64,000 bases of DNA, taken from the NCBI GenBank assembly GCA_963807605.1, contig CAWECG010000004.1, positions 1-64,000 of the forward strand, read 5' to 3'. Each line of letters starts with the position of its first letter. Positions within the stretch are counted from its first letter, which is position 1. Below, piece after piece: positions 29,982-39,351 of the stretch. Source of the stretch: Candidatus Bathyarchaeota archaeon (GTDB lineage Archaea > Thermoproteota > Bathyarchaeia > 40CM-2-53-6 > RBG-13-38-9). The translations under genes were made by a program, and so were the position numbers. The notes beneath the pieces are model-generated. The model searched no databases, was not told where the DNA came from, and was given only the letters and a program-made list of their open reading frames with translations.

Positions 29982-30734
29982 CTAGCCGTTTAGATGGTTG
30001 AATATGGCTTCTGGGTTGTGTTGTGCTGATCTGTAAAGTTCTTGGGCTTCGCCTATGATTATCTCCTCCTTATCGGCCCTTACTCCTTCTATTATTGCCG
30101 CTGCGACTTCTTTGGAGCTGATTCCCCGGTAGGCTTCCTTTTCGCCGGCGAAGCCGCGGTCGAGTTCGGTGTCGGTGGTTGGGGGGACGGCCTCAAACAC
30201 TCTGATCGACGTGTCTTTGAGTTGGTGGCGTAGTGAGATCGTGAAGGAGTGGATGGCTGCCTTGGTTGCGCAGTAGATTGGCATCGTGGCGATTGGTACA
30301 AACGCTAGTCCAGATGAGATGTTTATGATTGCGGCTTTCTGCCTTCTCATGAGCTTGGGTGTGAATAGGGCGCAAAGGCGTATGGGTGCACAGAGGTTTA
30401 TCATCACTTCATCGTTTTTGGCGAGTGTAGGCTTGGCTGCTGTTGGTGACGTGAAATCCCTCTGCCGTTGAATTCCAGCATTGTTGACTAGCATGTTAAG
30501 GTGTGGAAAGTGTGCTATTGCCCAGTGGAGTAAATCTTGTCTCTCTGATTCGATGGAAACGTCGCACTGCCTGATATGGATTGCCGGTAGCTTGCGCTTT
30601 GCGTCCCGCAGTCGACTCTTACGGCGCCCGCACACTATCACCTCACTTCCTGCTCCAACAAACTTCTCAGCCAGGGCTAACCCTATGCCTGTGGCGCCGC
30701 CAGTAATCAGAATAGTGTTCTCATCAATGTTCAA
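29982..30734 (-). CDS. Short-chain dehydrogenase (DltE-like)
   Basis: ITGGATGIG, NNAGIQ, SSGLAF.P, YCATKAA. Confidence 0.93.
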   Translation of the reverse strand: MNIDENTILITGGATGIGLALAEKFVGAGSEVIVCGRRKSRLRDAKRKLPAIHIRQCDVSIESERQDLLHWAIAHFPHLNMLVNNAGIQRQRDFTSPTAAKPTLAKNDEVMINLCAPIRLCALFTPKLMRRQKAAIINISSGLAFVPIATMPIYCATKAAIHSFTISLRHQLKDTSIRVFEAVPPTTDTELDRGFAGEKEAYRGISSKEVAAAIIEGVRADKEEIIIGEAQELYRSAQHNPEAIFNHLNG

Positions 30735-30848
30735 ACATGCTTCAGCTCCACGGACCTTTCTGTCAACATGTCCAAATATTTCTTGCTGGAGGGATTCTTC
30801 CCCTGACTATTGAAGAAGGTAGAACCAGAAGATGAGGTGTCTCTTTTT

Positions 30849-30906
30849 TGTGTGTGGCCTAGCTGGTGAGCACACACAAAATTCATGACTCAACGGTTCA
30901 AATTAC
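30849..30906 (-). repeat. Dispersed repeat copy G (minus strand)
   Basis: Reverse complement reads GTAATTTGAACCGTTGAGTCATGAATTTTGTGTGTGCTCACCAGCTAGGCCACACACA. Confidence 0.88.
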
Positions 30907-31009
30907 TGGCTTCGAAATCCCGCCAGTGGAAGCGTACGGGTCGTTCAATGTTAGGAGATGAGTGGAAATACTGTTGGCCATTGACATTCACCGGGAGGGG
31001 GTGTGTCCC

Positions 31010-31120
31010 TCAGAAAAGTGCGGCTTTGCGTTCTTTCTTCTTCTCGCGTGCTTTCGCCACCTTCCTCTCTCTACTAGCCGTCCACGCTTTCTTAGCTCCC
31101 CTACTTCTCTTGCCTGCCAT
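31010..31120 (-). CDS. Small basic protein (36 aa)
   Basis: MAGKRSRGAKKAWTASRERKVAKAREKKKERKAALF, preceded by a GAGGTGA Shine-Dalgarno. Confidence 0.6.
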   Translation of the reverse strand: MAGKRSRGAKKAWTASRERKVAKAREKKKERKAALF

Positions 31121-31246
31121 ACATTAGTCACCTCTCATATACAACATAGCACTAACACTCGAATAAGCAACTTCCGACAATAGCGCGCGCTATGTTATGA
31201 CTGTCTAGAATTCAGAAGAATGGGCCTCTCCAGTCATGAGTATAGA

Positions 31247-31693
31247 CTATCTGACTATAGTTACTGAGCAAAGTGCGTGACGCGCGACCTTCTCGGCTAC
31301 GCTACCCAACTGGAATCGTGTTTTTCCAAGACCCGTGCTTCCTATTATCACTAAATCGAAATCTCTTGCATACGATACTATCTCTTCTGCAGGATCTCCA
31401 GTAACAGCAACGGTCTCGAATTCTATCTTATCAGACTTGGCTTTGTCACCCGCGATTCTAAAGATGTCTGCACTCGCTCTCTCTGGATAGGTAGCAATAG
31501 CAGCATTGATATCATCCAGCTTGTAGAATTTCTTGATCTCCGCATCATTTAGAAATTCTCTAAACTTCTCTTCTTCAGTCACATGCATGATACAGATCTT
31601 CGCGTGCTGTCCCTTCGCCAAGTCCAAGGCGAAGTCCAAGGTCTTATACGAGTGTTCAGAGCCGTCTAACGGCACAAGAATCTTTCTTAACAA
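31247..31693 (-). CDS. Universal stress protein
   Basis: KILVPLDGSEHS, GDPAEEI, IGSTG...LGSVAEKVARHA.CSV. Confidence 0.93.
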   Translation of the reverse strand: MLRKILVPLDGSEHSYKTLDFALDLAKGQHAKICIMHVTEEEKFREFLNDAEIKKFYKLDDINAAIATYPERASADIFRIAGDKAKSDKIEFETVAVTGDPAEEIVSYARDFDLVIIGSTGLGKTRFQLGSVAEKVARHALCSVTIVR

Positions 31694-31811
31694 TTCTCAG
31701 AAAACCTCCCGCTAATCACTATCAATACTGATTTGCTTAAAAAATGCGTCGTAGGCCCTATAGAGGTGTTATGGTAATAAGCGAGCGCGGGCGATGTACC
31801 CCTTGCCACAC

Positions 31812-31880
31812 CTGGTGAGGGCGTTTAGGATTTGAATCGTTAGAGCGAACTATTTTTGGTGGTGGTGTGCTCACCAGCTA
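31812..31880 (+). repeat. Dispersed repeat copy H (full)
   Basis: CTGGTGAG-GGCGTTT-AGGATTTGAATCGTTAGAGCGAACT-...TGGTGGTGTG-CTCACCAGCTA. Confidence 0.85.
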
Positions 31881-31943
31881 AGTTTAATTATCTAGTAATA
31901 CCTCATAACGCGTGGACTATTGACGCAAAGGTGTTGAATCGGG

Positions 31944-32609
31944 TTGGAGAAAAGAGAATTCCTCAAATTCGCGGGAATCGGAGCTATAGCAGCAGCTGCA
32001 GGAGCGGTGGCTGAATACATATCTTCACCATGGGTACCACGCTCTACGCCGACCTGGCTAGCGGAGAAGACGGAGCAAAACCTGAAAAACGCCTTTTCAG
32101 GCGAGAGCCAAGCCAACATAAGGTATACACTCTTCTCGACAACAGCTGCTGACGAAAACCTCGATAATGTCGCAAGACTCTTCAAGGCGATAGCTTATGC
32201 AGAGCAGATGCATGCACGCAATCACTTCGAAAACCTCAAGAACTTGAAGGAGGCGGCTATGACATACGGCATGGCCGGCTTTGGTCCCGGAGATACTTCG
32301 AAGAACTTGGACATTGCAATTGACGGAGAGACCTTTGAGATAACACAGATGTATCCTGCTTATCTGGAGAAAGCAACTCAAGAAAACAATGGAGACGCAG
32401 AACAGTCTTTCCACTTTGCATTGGAAGCCGAGAAAATACACGTGAACATGTTCAAAGAGGCAAAAGGAGCAGTCGACTCAGGCAAAGACATCAACATTGA
32501 AAAGATCCACGTATGTAGTGTGTGCGGCAACACAGGAGAGGGTGAAGCCCCAGACGTTTGCCCAATATGCGGCTCACCAAAACAGAAATTTGTACTATTT
32601 CAGAATTAA
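31944..32609 (+). CDS. Rubrerythrin with Tat-like N-terminal extension
   Basis: AFSGESQA, AEQMHA, GETFE..MYP, AEKIH, C..CG / CPICG; N-terminal KREFLK plus hydrophobic stretch. Confidence 0.92.
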   Translation: MEKREFLKFAGIGAIAAAAGAVAEYISSPWVPRSTPTWLAEKTEQNLKNAFSGESQANIRYTLFSTTAADENLDNVARLFKAIAYAEQMHARNHFENLKNLKEAAMTYGMAGFGPGDTSKNLDIAIDGETFEITQMYPAYLEKATQENNGDAEQSFHFALEAEKIHVNMFKEAKGAVDSGKDINIEKIHVCSVCGNTGEGEAPDVCPICGSPKQKFVLFQN

Positions 32610-32677
32610 TACCTCACACCAAAGGATACACGCGCAGGCTATACAAGTAAGAAATGGGTCCAAGTTCCGCCAGGCTT

Positions 32678-33367
32678 TCATGCATGGAACTTGTTCAAGA
32701 TTGCCGTGATTTGAGTTTCATACCGCATTGTTAGCTTACCTATTACCCAACCCACAGCAGATCCAACTATTACGTCGAAAGGCCAGTGCACCCCCACGTA
32801 AACTCTGCTTATGGCTATCAAAAACGCCAGTATGTAGAGTGGTACCTTCAGACTCTTCCACTTGGATCCAAGGATCACGGCAGTTGTAAAACCATTTTTT
32901 GCATGTCCACTTGGAAAACTTCCTCCACCCTCAATGTCCAATGCTCTAGCTCCTTGTACGGCCAACGATGGCCGCGCTCTCGGAAACACGACTTTGACGG
33001 GCAAAAGAATCAAACCTCCTATGACTATACCGACAGCCAACAGTAAAGATTCCCGTCTCCTCTTTGCCACCCAGAGAAGCACCGATACAAACAACATGAA
33101 AACTGTTGAGCCCACGTGAGTGATAGCTACCATAACAAGATCTAGAGAAGGCCATGATAGACGTTCATTCACCATGACAAAGCTTACAAGATCCCAATTT
33201 CGCAACCAAAGAGGAAACAAGTCTATCTTCGTCGGTTGAATCTTGGTAATGTAAAGTTCGTCAAATAGCTCGACCCCTACGAGCATTGCAACCATAAGCA
33301 AAAAGATGACAAAAGATCGGTACCTTGATCGATTCAATTTGAGTCTTTCACCAAAATTGAACCACAA
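32678..33367 (-). CDS. PAP2-family membrane phosphatase
   Basis: K..FPRARP, SFPSGH, SRVYVGVHWPFDV. Confidence 0.92.
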   Translation of the reverse strand: MWFNFGERLKLNRSRYRSFVIFLLMVAMLVGVELFDELYITKIQPTKIDLFPLWLRNWDLVSFVMVNERLSWPSLDLVMVAITHVGSTVFMLFVSVLLWVAKRRRESLLLAVGIVIGGLILLPVKVVFPRARPSLAVQGARALDIEGGGSFPSGHAKNGFTTAVILGSKWKSLKVPLYILAFLIAISRVYVGVHWPFDVIVGSAVGWVIGKLTMRYETQITAILNKFHA

Positions 33368-33435
33368 CGCAAGCGTTATTGTCTCTTTGCTATTGCCAAG
33401 AAGAAGCGCGCGCTAAGGAGGAGACCTGCCACTTC

Positions 33436-34860
33436 TTAGTTAGCGTTTAGCCCTTTCTTGATCATGCTGTAGGAATGCATTGCCATCGCAGCCTTCGCAG
33501 TTCTGGAAGGCGATGGATAGGTTGGGACCCCTTTTCTTCTGAGAACCTCGATTCCCTCTTTCGTGCTTCGTTCTCCCATCCAGAACGCAAGCACGGGTTT
33601 GCTGTGCTTGTCTGTGACCTCCGCGACCGCACGTGCAGGTTGGGCTGCGGTCACTATGCCCTGAGATACGAAGATGCATATTGCACAGTCGATGATCGAC
33701 TCACTCAGGATCGTGTCTAGCACGTTCTTGTAGCAGTCATAATCTGCCGCCCCGGTCATGTCTACTGGGTTTGAGGTTGAGGCTATCGCAAGGAGATTGT
33801 TTCTTATCTTGTCTTGGGTCTCGGCAGGCAAGAGTGGAATTTGGAGGCCGAGCTTGCTGCACCAGTCTGAGACCATCACGCCCAGTCCCCCCGCGTTGCT
33901 TATGATTCCGATGTTCTTTCCGTTTGGCAACGGCTGGTTTGATAGTGCGATTGCAGCATCGAATATCTCTTCAACATCGTGAACCCTGAGTATACAAGCT
34001 TGCTTTAGGCCTACATCGACAACGCCGTCTGAGCCTGCGATCGAGCCTGTGTGCGATAGGGATGCTCTGGCTCCTGCCTCGGAGGACCCAGCCTTCAGAA
34101 CCACTATCGGCTTCTTTCTAGCGATCCGCTTTCCGACATCTATCAGTTTTCGTCCGTCTTTGATGCCCTCGATGTAGGCGCCGATGACCTTTGTCTGAGG
34201 ATCCATTGCCAAATAGGCTAGGATATCGGAGATGCTGATGTCGGATTCGTTTCCGAGGTTTATGAATTTTGAGAAGCCTATCTCTCTATTGTAGGCCCAA
34301 TCCAGTGTTCCACAACACATCGCACCACTTTGGGATACAAAAGCGATCGGACCCTTCAGGGCACCAGTGAAAGTGAACGTAAGGTCTAGATTTATGTCGG
34401 TATTTACTATTCCAAAGCAGTTTGGACCGAGCAGCCTTATCTTCTTCTTTCTGGCGATGTCGACCAGTTGCGCCTGTAATTCCTTGTTTCCGCTCTCGGC
34501 GAATCCTGCTGAGATTACTATCGCGCCCGCGGCGCCTTTCCTCGAGACTTGCTCTAGAGTCTCAATAACTAGGTTAGATGGAACGATTATCTCGGCCAGA
34601 TCAAACTCATCGGGTATCTCGTCGACAGTCGTGTATGATTTTTGCCCGAAAATCGTGGTCAGTTTGGGATTGACAAGGTAGATCTTGCCTTGATAGCCGC
34701 TGTTTAATGCGTTTCTTGCTATCGCACCGCCAACCTTGTTGATCTTGTCCGAGGCGCCTACTATAGCCACCGACTCAGGCTCAATCAGCCTCTTCAGTTG
34801 CTCATAGGTTTGTGCAATGAAGTTGTCATCGTAAGGCTGGCTCATATCCGAGTTGCTCAA
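33436..34860 (-). CDS. acdA: ADP-forming acyl-CoA synthetase, alpha subunit
   Basis: PESVAIVGAS, GPNCFG, SQSGA, SHTGSIAG (phospho-His), NAGGLGV, NPVDMTG. Confidence 0.9.
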   Translation of the reverse strand: MSNSDMSQPYDDNFIAQTYEQLKRLIEPESVAIVGASDKINKVGGAIARNALNSGYQGKIYLVNPKLTTIFGQKSYTTVDEIPDEFDLAEIIVPSNLVIETLEQVSRKGAAGAIVISAGFAESGNKELQAQLVDIARKKKIRLLGPNCFGIVNTDINLDLTFTFTGALKGPIAFVSQSGAMCCGTLDWAYNREIGFSKFINLGNESDISISDILAYLAMDPQTKVIGAYIEGIKDGRKLIDVGKRIARKKPIVVLKAGSSEAGARASLSHTGSIAGSDGVVDVGLKQACILRVHDVEEIFDAAIALSNQPLPNGKNIGIISNAGGLGVMVSDWCSKLGLQIPLLPAETQDKIRNNLLAIASTSNPVDMTGAADYDCYKNVLDTILSESIIDCAICIFVSQGIVTAAQPARAVAEVTDKHSKPVLAFWMGERSTKEGIEVLRRKGVPTYPSPSRTAKAAMAMHSYSMIKKGLNAN

Positions 34861-34918
34861 GGATCACATCGTTTCGAAGGATATATAACAGGCTTGCAGG
34901 AAAGACCAATCGTCTCTG

Positions 34919-35182
34919 GTGATTATATTGATTTTCATCGTTTTCGCAAGCATTGAGGCTGCAAGAGAAAAGGAAGCATATCTCTCCGTGGCAGAGATAT
35001 CAAAACTCCCCGGCGTTAAAAGTGTATACTTGACTTTTGGCGGTCACGACTTTGTCGTGATCCATGAGGCGCCAGACCTTCCAGCCGCGGTCCAAACTGC
35101 CGTCAAGATCAGAAACATCCCTGGCGTGACAGACACTGAGACCATAATATGCATGGACATTCACGAAGTATTCAAGACCTGA
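34919..35182 (+). CDS. Lrp/AsnC ligand-binding domain protein
   Basis: TFGGHDFV, IRNIPGVTDTET. Confidence 0.8.
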   Translation: MIILIFIVFASIEAAREKEAYLSVAEISKLPGVKSVYLTFGGHDFVVIHEAPDLPAAVQTAVKIRNIPGVTDTETIICMDIHEVFKT

Positions 35183-35376
35183 AATATGGATCTCCATGAA
35201 TATGCTGAAGCAGCCGGCTCAGCGTCTGGACCCCCCCTGAAGCGGGACTTCTTAGCGCGCGCGACTCACCTTCTGTCAATGGGTGCCCGCTAATTGTTTT
35301 TTGAAGGTTGAGATAATTATTTGGCGCTGCTTAGGAGTGAACTTTATAGGAAGTTCAAACTGTAGAATTATTCTGT

Positions 35377-35766
35377 TTAGCCAGTCCGGGTTGTCTCTTC
35401 CTCGATAGTTAGAGCCTTAATCGGGCTTAGTTCAATTCCAGAGCCGGATTCATCGACTATAAGATCTTTCAGCACCTTCGTAACGTGTTCAATTTCGCTC
35501 TCTTGGATGCTCTCATCAACGTATAGGTTTATTTTGCCGCGTGGAGAAATCTGAACATGAGCCAACCTACCAAAACCTTTTCTTGATTTTTCACGGTTCT
35601 TTGAAGTTTCTGAAGGTCTTTTCACTTCAAAGAAGACAACGTCTTTCTCGGAGTCTAAGAATACGACTCTTTTATCCCGAGATATTCTCGTCACTGTCTT
35701 GTCGTAATGGATTTGCCTCCTTGCTTGATAGACGACCTGTTCTTTGTGTGAATGTTGCTTCTTCAT
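35377..35766 (-). CDS. Hypothetical protein
   Basis: 129 aa ORF divergent from parB. Confidence 0.5.
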   Translation of the reverse strand: MKKQHSHKEQVVYQARRQIHYDKTVTRISRDKRVVFLDSEKDVVFFEVKRPSETSKNREKSRKGFGRLAHVQISPRGKINLYVDESIQESEIEHVTKVLKDLIVDESGSGIELSPIKALTIEEETTRTG

Positions 35767-35837
35767 GATCCAACAGTAAGATGGGGTAGGGGTGGACCTG
35801 TATAACTATATTCAAAAAACAAGGGAGGTGATTTCAT

Positions 35838-36767
35838 ATGTTTGTTGATAATATTCGGGAAGTCGATGTTTGGGGGCTTGATCCTAATCCTTTCCAGGCT
35901 AGGATCGAATATCCCGAGTCAGAGTTGAGGGATCTTGGCAAGTCTATCAAGGAGAAAGGTATGCTTGAACCAATAATAATACGTTCAAAAGGTGATCGTT
36001 ACGAGATCGCTGTAGGAGAGAGACGTGTCAGAGCTTGCAGGCTTGCGGGCATAAAGAAGATCATGGCTATAGTAAAGGAGCTGTCTGATGAGCAGATGGC
36101 CGAGTATGTACTGATCGAGAATCTTCAGCGAAAGGATCTCAATGCTATCGAAGAAGCAAAAGGGTTCAAGACTCTCCAGGAAAGGTTCGGCTGGACACAG
36201 GAAAAGATCGCTGACCAGCTCGGTCGAGGATTGACCAGAGACATAGTAGCACAGAGACTGCGTCTCTTAACCATCCCACTAGAGTTGCAAAAACATGTGT
36301 CGCACGACACAATTACGCCAACACACGCTGAGACTCTAGCCAGGCTGGACGATGATCAATCCTTGCTCAAAGAGACTACCGCCAAGGTAATCGAACAGAA
36401 TCTGTCGACAAAACAGACAGAACAACTCGTCAAAGACGTTATCGGTAAGCAGGAAATTCGTAAGCGCATCCAAGACTACGTAAGCAGTGAAGAATTCATA
36501 CTTCTCTTCCAGCATATTGCTAATGCAGCACTCCTTGAATCAGGCTCCGTATGTCCTGTTCCCAGCTGTAACCGTAGAGTGGAGTACTCAGAGCGCGTAG
36601 ACGAGAAAGAAGGTATTATTATTGGAAGACTTGTGTGCGAGGTCTGCGGCTATGAGTTTGGAATCTCTTACGGACCACTATTTGATCTCCTACTCAAGAT
36701 AGATGAGCGGCGTGAAGCCGAGAAAGCACTTGGAAACACGAATGAACGGAACAGACTAGCCGAATAG
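35838..36767 (+). CDS. parB: ParB/Spo0J-family protein with C-terminal Zn ribbon
   Basis: NPFQAR, GERRVRA, ENLQRKDLNAIEEA, HTH WTQEKIAD, CPVPSC...CEVC; GGAGGTGA RBS. Confidence 0.9.
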   Translation: MFVDNIREVDVWGLDPNPFQARIEYPESELRDLGKSIKEKGMLEPIIIRSKGDRYEIAVGERRVRACRLAGIKKIMAIVKELSDEQMAEYVLIENLQRKDLNAIEEAKGFKTLQERFGWTQEKIADQLGRGLTRDIVAQRLRLLTIPLELQKHVSHDTITPTHAETLARLDDDQSLLKETTAKVIEQNLSTKQTEQLVKDVIGKQEIRKRIQDYVSSEEFILLFQHIANAALLESGSVCPVPSCNRRVEYSERVDEKEGIIIGRLVCEVCGYEFGISYGPLFDLLLKIDERREAEKALGNTNERNRLAE

Positions 36768-36964
36768 AAGCTCTATCGGAGTTCTGGAAGTACACAGATA
36801 GCTGATATGTCTTTGCAGGTCAACATCGAGTGCGTCTCCCAGTCCGAACGCGCTTGGCAAGCAACTTTAGGAGGAGCACGTGCTCCTCCCTTTTTTCATA
36901 TTACTGATCAGATATCACTGTGCTTTTCCGGTTTGAATTCTACGCGCTCGCTTTTTGTGGCGGA

Positions 36965-37081
36965 CCGGGCGGAGTCGTCCTACCAACTAACAAGCTTGAG
37001 ATCCTAACACCCTACCTAACATCAGCAGGACTAGTCGCTGCGGTATCCGCAGTTGTAGTGGTTAAGAGAAGAAGAGCCTAG
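36965..37081 (+). pseudogene. Orphan C-terminal membrane-anchor module, copy 1
   Basis: PGGVVLPTNKLEILTPYLTSAGLVAAVSAVVVVKRRRA*. Confidence 0.7.
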
Positions 37082-37148
37082 TCGCTCGAGTTCTGTCAAG
37101 TCTACGGGTGATTTGTCTCCCTGTTAACAGCCGGGTGACATCATCGGA

Positions 37149-37409
37149 CTAGCGCGCGCGTGGTCGGCCTTTTTTGGCCGCTTCCTCATATCTCTTCAGT
37201 TCGCTCAGAGTTTTGCCTTTGTTGTTGTGGTAGTCGGGGTTGTTTGGATTTAGTTTGATTGCGATTTCGTACTCACTGTCCGCTTCCCCAAATCTCTCCA
37301 GGTAGATCAAAGTGTTGCCTTTGTTGTTGTGGTAGTCGGGGTTGTTTGGATTTAGGGAGATTGCCATGTCGTACTCCTCAACCGCTTCCTCAAATCTCTG
37401 CTCACACAA
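37149..37409 (-). pseudogene. TPR-repeat fragment
   Basis: Two 34-aa TPR units (102-nt period; LNPNNPDYHNNKG); ends in a (CG)n tract. Confidence 0.75.
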
Positions 37410-37771
37410 TTATTTAGAAAAAGCAGTCCCTTCAATATATGCGTTTAATCTGCTTTTTATATCTCATCGTGGCTTCGACCATTATTTGTTATAGATTTAG
37501 TATACCTAAGTATTCTTCATTATGGCTTCAGGAACATGGCTTCGCTCAGCCTTATAGTAAGTGGATGGTATGCAGATTATGGGTGTGCTCGACTCTATGC
37601 TGGGCAGCTATAATGCTGGGGGTTCAGTGTGTAAGATAGAGCGTGCACTGAATTTTATGTCGAGGATTATGTGGAATCAGTCCTTTCGTTTTTATGATTC
37701 TTTATACTTGCATAAAGACGGGCCTCCTGACACCGCTCTTCTAAAGCTCTTTGTCGGATAAGTCTGGAGAG

Positions 37772-37888
37772 CCTGTCGGCGGGCTAGTGACGCCGATGAA
37801 CAAGCTTGAGATTCTAACACCCTACTTAGCGTTAGCAGGACTTATAGCATTATCAGCGGTTGTAGTGGCTAAGAAAAAAAGAGCTTAG
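37772..37888 (+). pseudogene. Orphan C-terminal membrane-anchor module, copy 2
   Basis: PVGGLVTPMNKLEILTPYLALAGLIALSAVVVAKKKRA*. Confidence 0.7.
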
Positions 37889-37942
37889 TCGCTCGAAAGG
37901 CAATTATCCAACGTGGCGACTACGCTTTAGTCTATAGCGCGC

Positions 37943-38050
37943 GCGGCCGTGGTCTAGTCTGGTCTAGGACGGGAGATAAAGAACTTTGCCCGAGCTTCCC
38001 ATTCTAGGAGAGAGCTCTTAGCCCGGGTCCGAATCCCGGCGGCCGCACCA
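37943..38050 (+). tRNA. tRNA-Gly(CCC) with two introns (30/31: 37976-37994; 37/38: 38002-38012) and encoded CCA
   Basis: Acceptor GCGGCCG/CGGCCGC+ACCA, D-stem GTCT/GGAC, anticodon stem GGAGC/GCTCT with CCC after removing both inserts, T-stem CCGGG/CCCGG; BHB-like motifs at both introns. Confidence 0.9.
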
Positions 38051-38571
38051 TTCTCCTGCGCATTGACGAGCGGATTAGTGAGCTTCAGGAGTTCTCGCAC
38101 TATCTGTACGGCACCATTTTTCTTGCATATTCGGATTCACATAGTTAGAGTCTCACAAGCGGATCCTGCCTATGCCAAGGAGCAAAAATCAGATCGATTA
38201 TCTGCAAAGGTTAATTGGAAAGAGAGATGATTAGCTTAATGACCTTGGGCCATAAATCACTGATCGAATGGACTGATTCAACATGAAATCTTGCCACTCG
38301 GTGTACTAGATACGTAGCACGACTATGAAGTCCTGCGGAGAATTCTGATAATCTGTGTTGCCAAGGGTGACTGGTTTGATCCACACGTCGAACTCGATTA
38401 TCAATCCTTTGTCAGCGTCGACAATTGAACCACTGGATTCTGTATCCGTTTCTAGAACCAAGATTCCTCGATTCCCTTTTGTCCGCCATGAGTGAGCCGA
38501 GTCTTCAGTCTCGTCTGCTAGTTCAGAGAAATATCTTCAATGCCCGCCAAGAATCAACTTGCGCTGTTTTC

Positions 38572-39351
38572 TTAATTGCAGAGGACTATCCCTGTTGGGT
38601 CTATCTTGTGAAGGATCTTCAATTCTTTTCTCGTAGGGACTTCGCTTATTCCCACATTTTCGGGCACTATCAACTCGAAGCAGCAGTTCTTCCTAATCTC
38701 ATCAATATGTACGCCTGGATGAAGGGAGATCAGCATCATTCGTTTTGTCGTCTCATCAAATCCATACACTCCGAGCTGGGTTATGACTCTGTAGGGACCG
38801 GTATCTTCTGCAAGTCCTATTCTTTCTCTCTCGCCAGGCCCTGTCAAGTACCCAGGGGTCGTCATGAAATCTAGTCTGTTGACAAACCTCTTCTTGTCTT
38901 GTCTCATTATTATAATGTTCTCATGGCATAGGGACCCTATGTCGTTTGCCCCGCCACTGCCTGGAAGGCGTACCTTTGGTCTTTCATATTCACCAATCAC
39001 AGTTGTATTGATGTTGCCGAACATGTCTATCTGAGCTGCACCCAAGAAACCATAGTCTACAAATCCAGCTTGGAGGGCCGACATAACGTCATGCATACTT
39101 GAAGCGGCTACGCCCTGATAGAAAGTTCTGGAATCCCCCACAGATACCGGCAAGACAGGACTTTGAGGACCTATGCCTCCGGCCTCATACATTACAAGTA
39201 GGTTTGGTGCATGAGTCTTCTGAGCCAGCATCGCAGCTATCACAGGAAGACCAGTTCCTACAAATACTGATTTTCCATCCTTCAACATCTTTGACGCTAT
39301 CGACGCCATCAATTCGACTTGGGTGTAACTAGTTCTTCCCTCGCCCATCAT
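38572..39351 (-). CDS. gctB: Glutaconate CoA-transferase-like subunit B
   Basis: FVGTGLP, YEAG (catalytic Glu), GAAQID.FGNINTT, LPGSGGAND. Confidence 0.88.
   Translation of the reverse strand: MMGEGRTSYTQVELMASIASKMLKDGKSVFVGTGLPVIAAMLAQKTHAPNLLVMYEAGGIGPQSPVLPVSVGDSRTFYQGVAASSMHDVMSALQAGFVDYGFLGAAQIDMFGNINTTVIGEYERPKVRLPGSGGANDIGSLCHENIIIMRQDKKRFVNRLDFMTTPGYLTGPGERERIGLAEDTGPYRVITQLGVYGFDETTKRMMLISLHPGVHIDEIRKNCCFELIVPENVGISEVPTRKELKILHKIDPTGIVLCN

Noticed and set aside
37943-38050. tRNA-Gly as the att site of an integrated element
   Set aside because: No duplicate of either tRNA end was found in the window.
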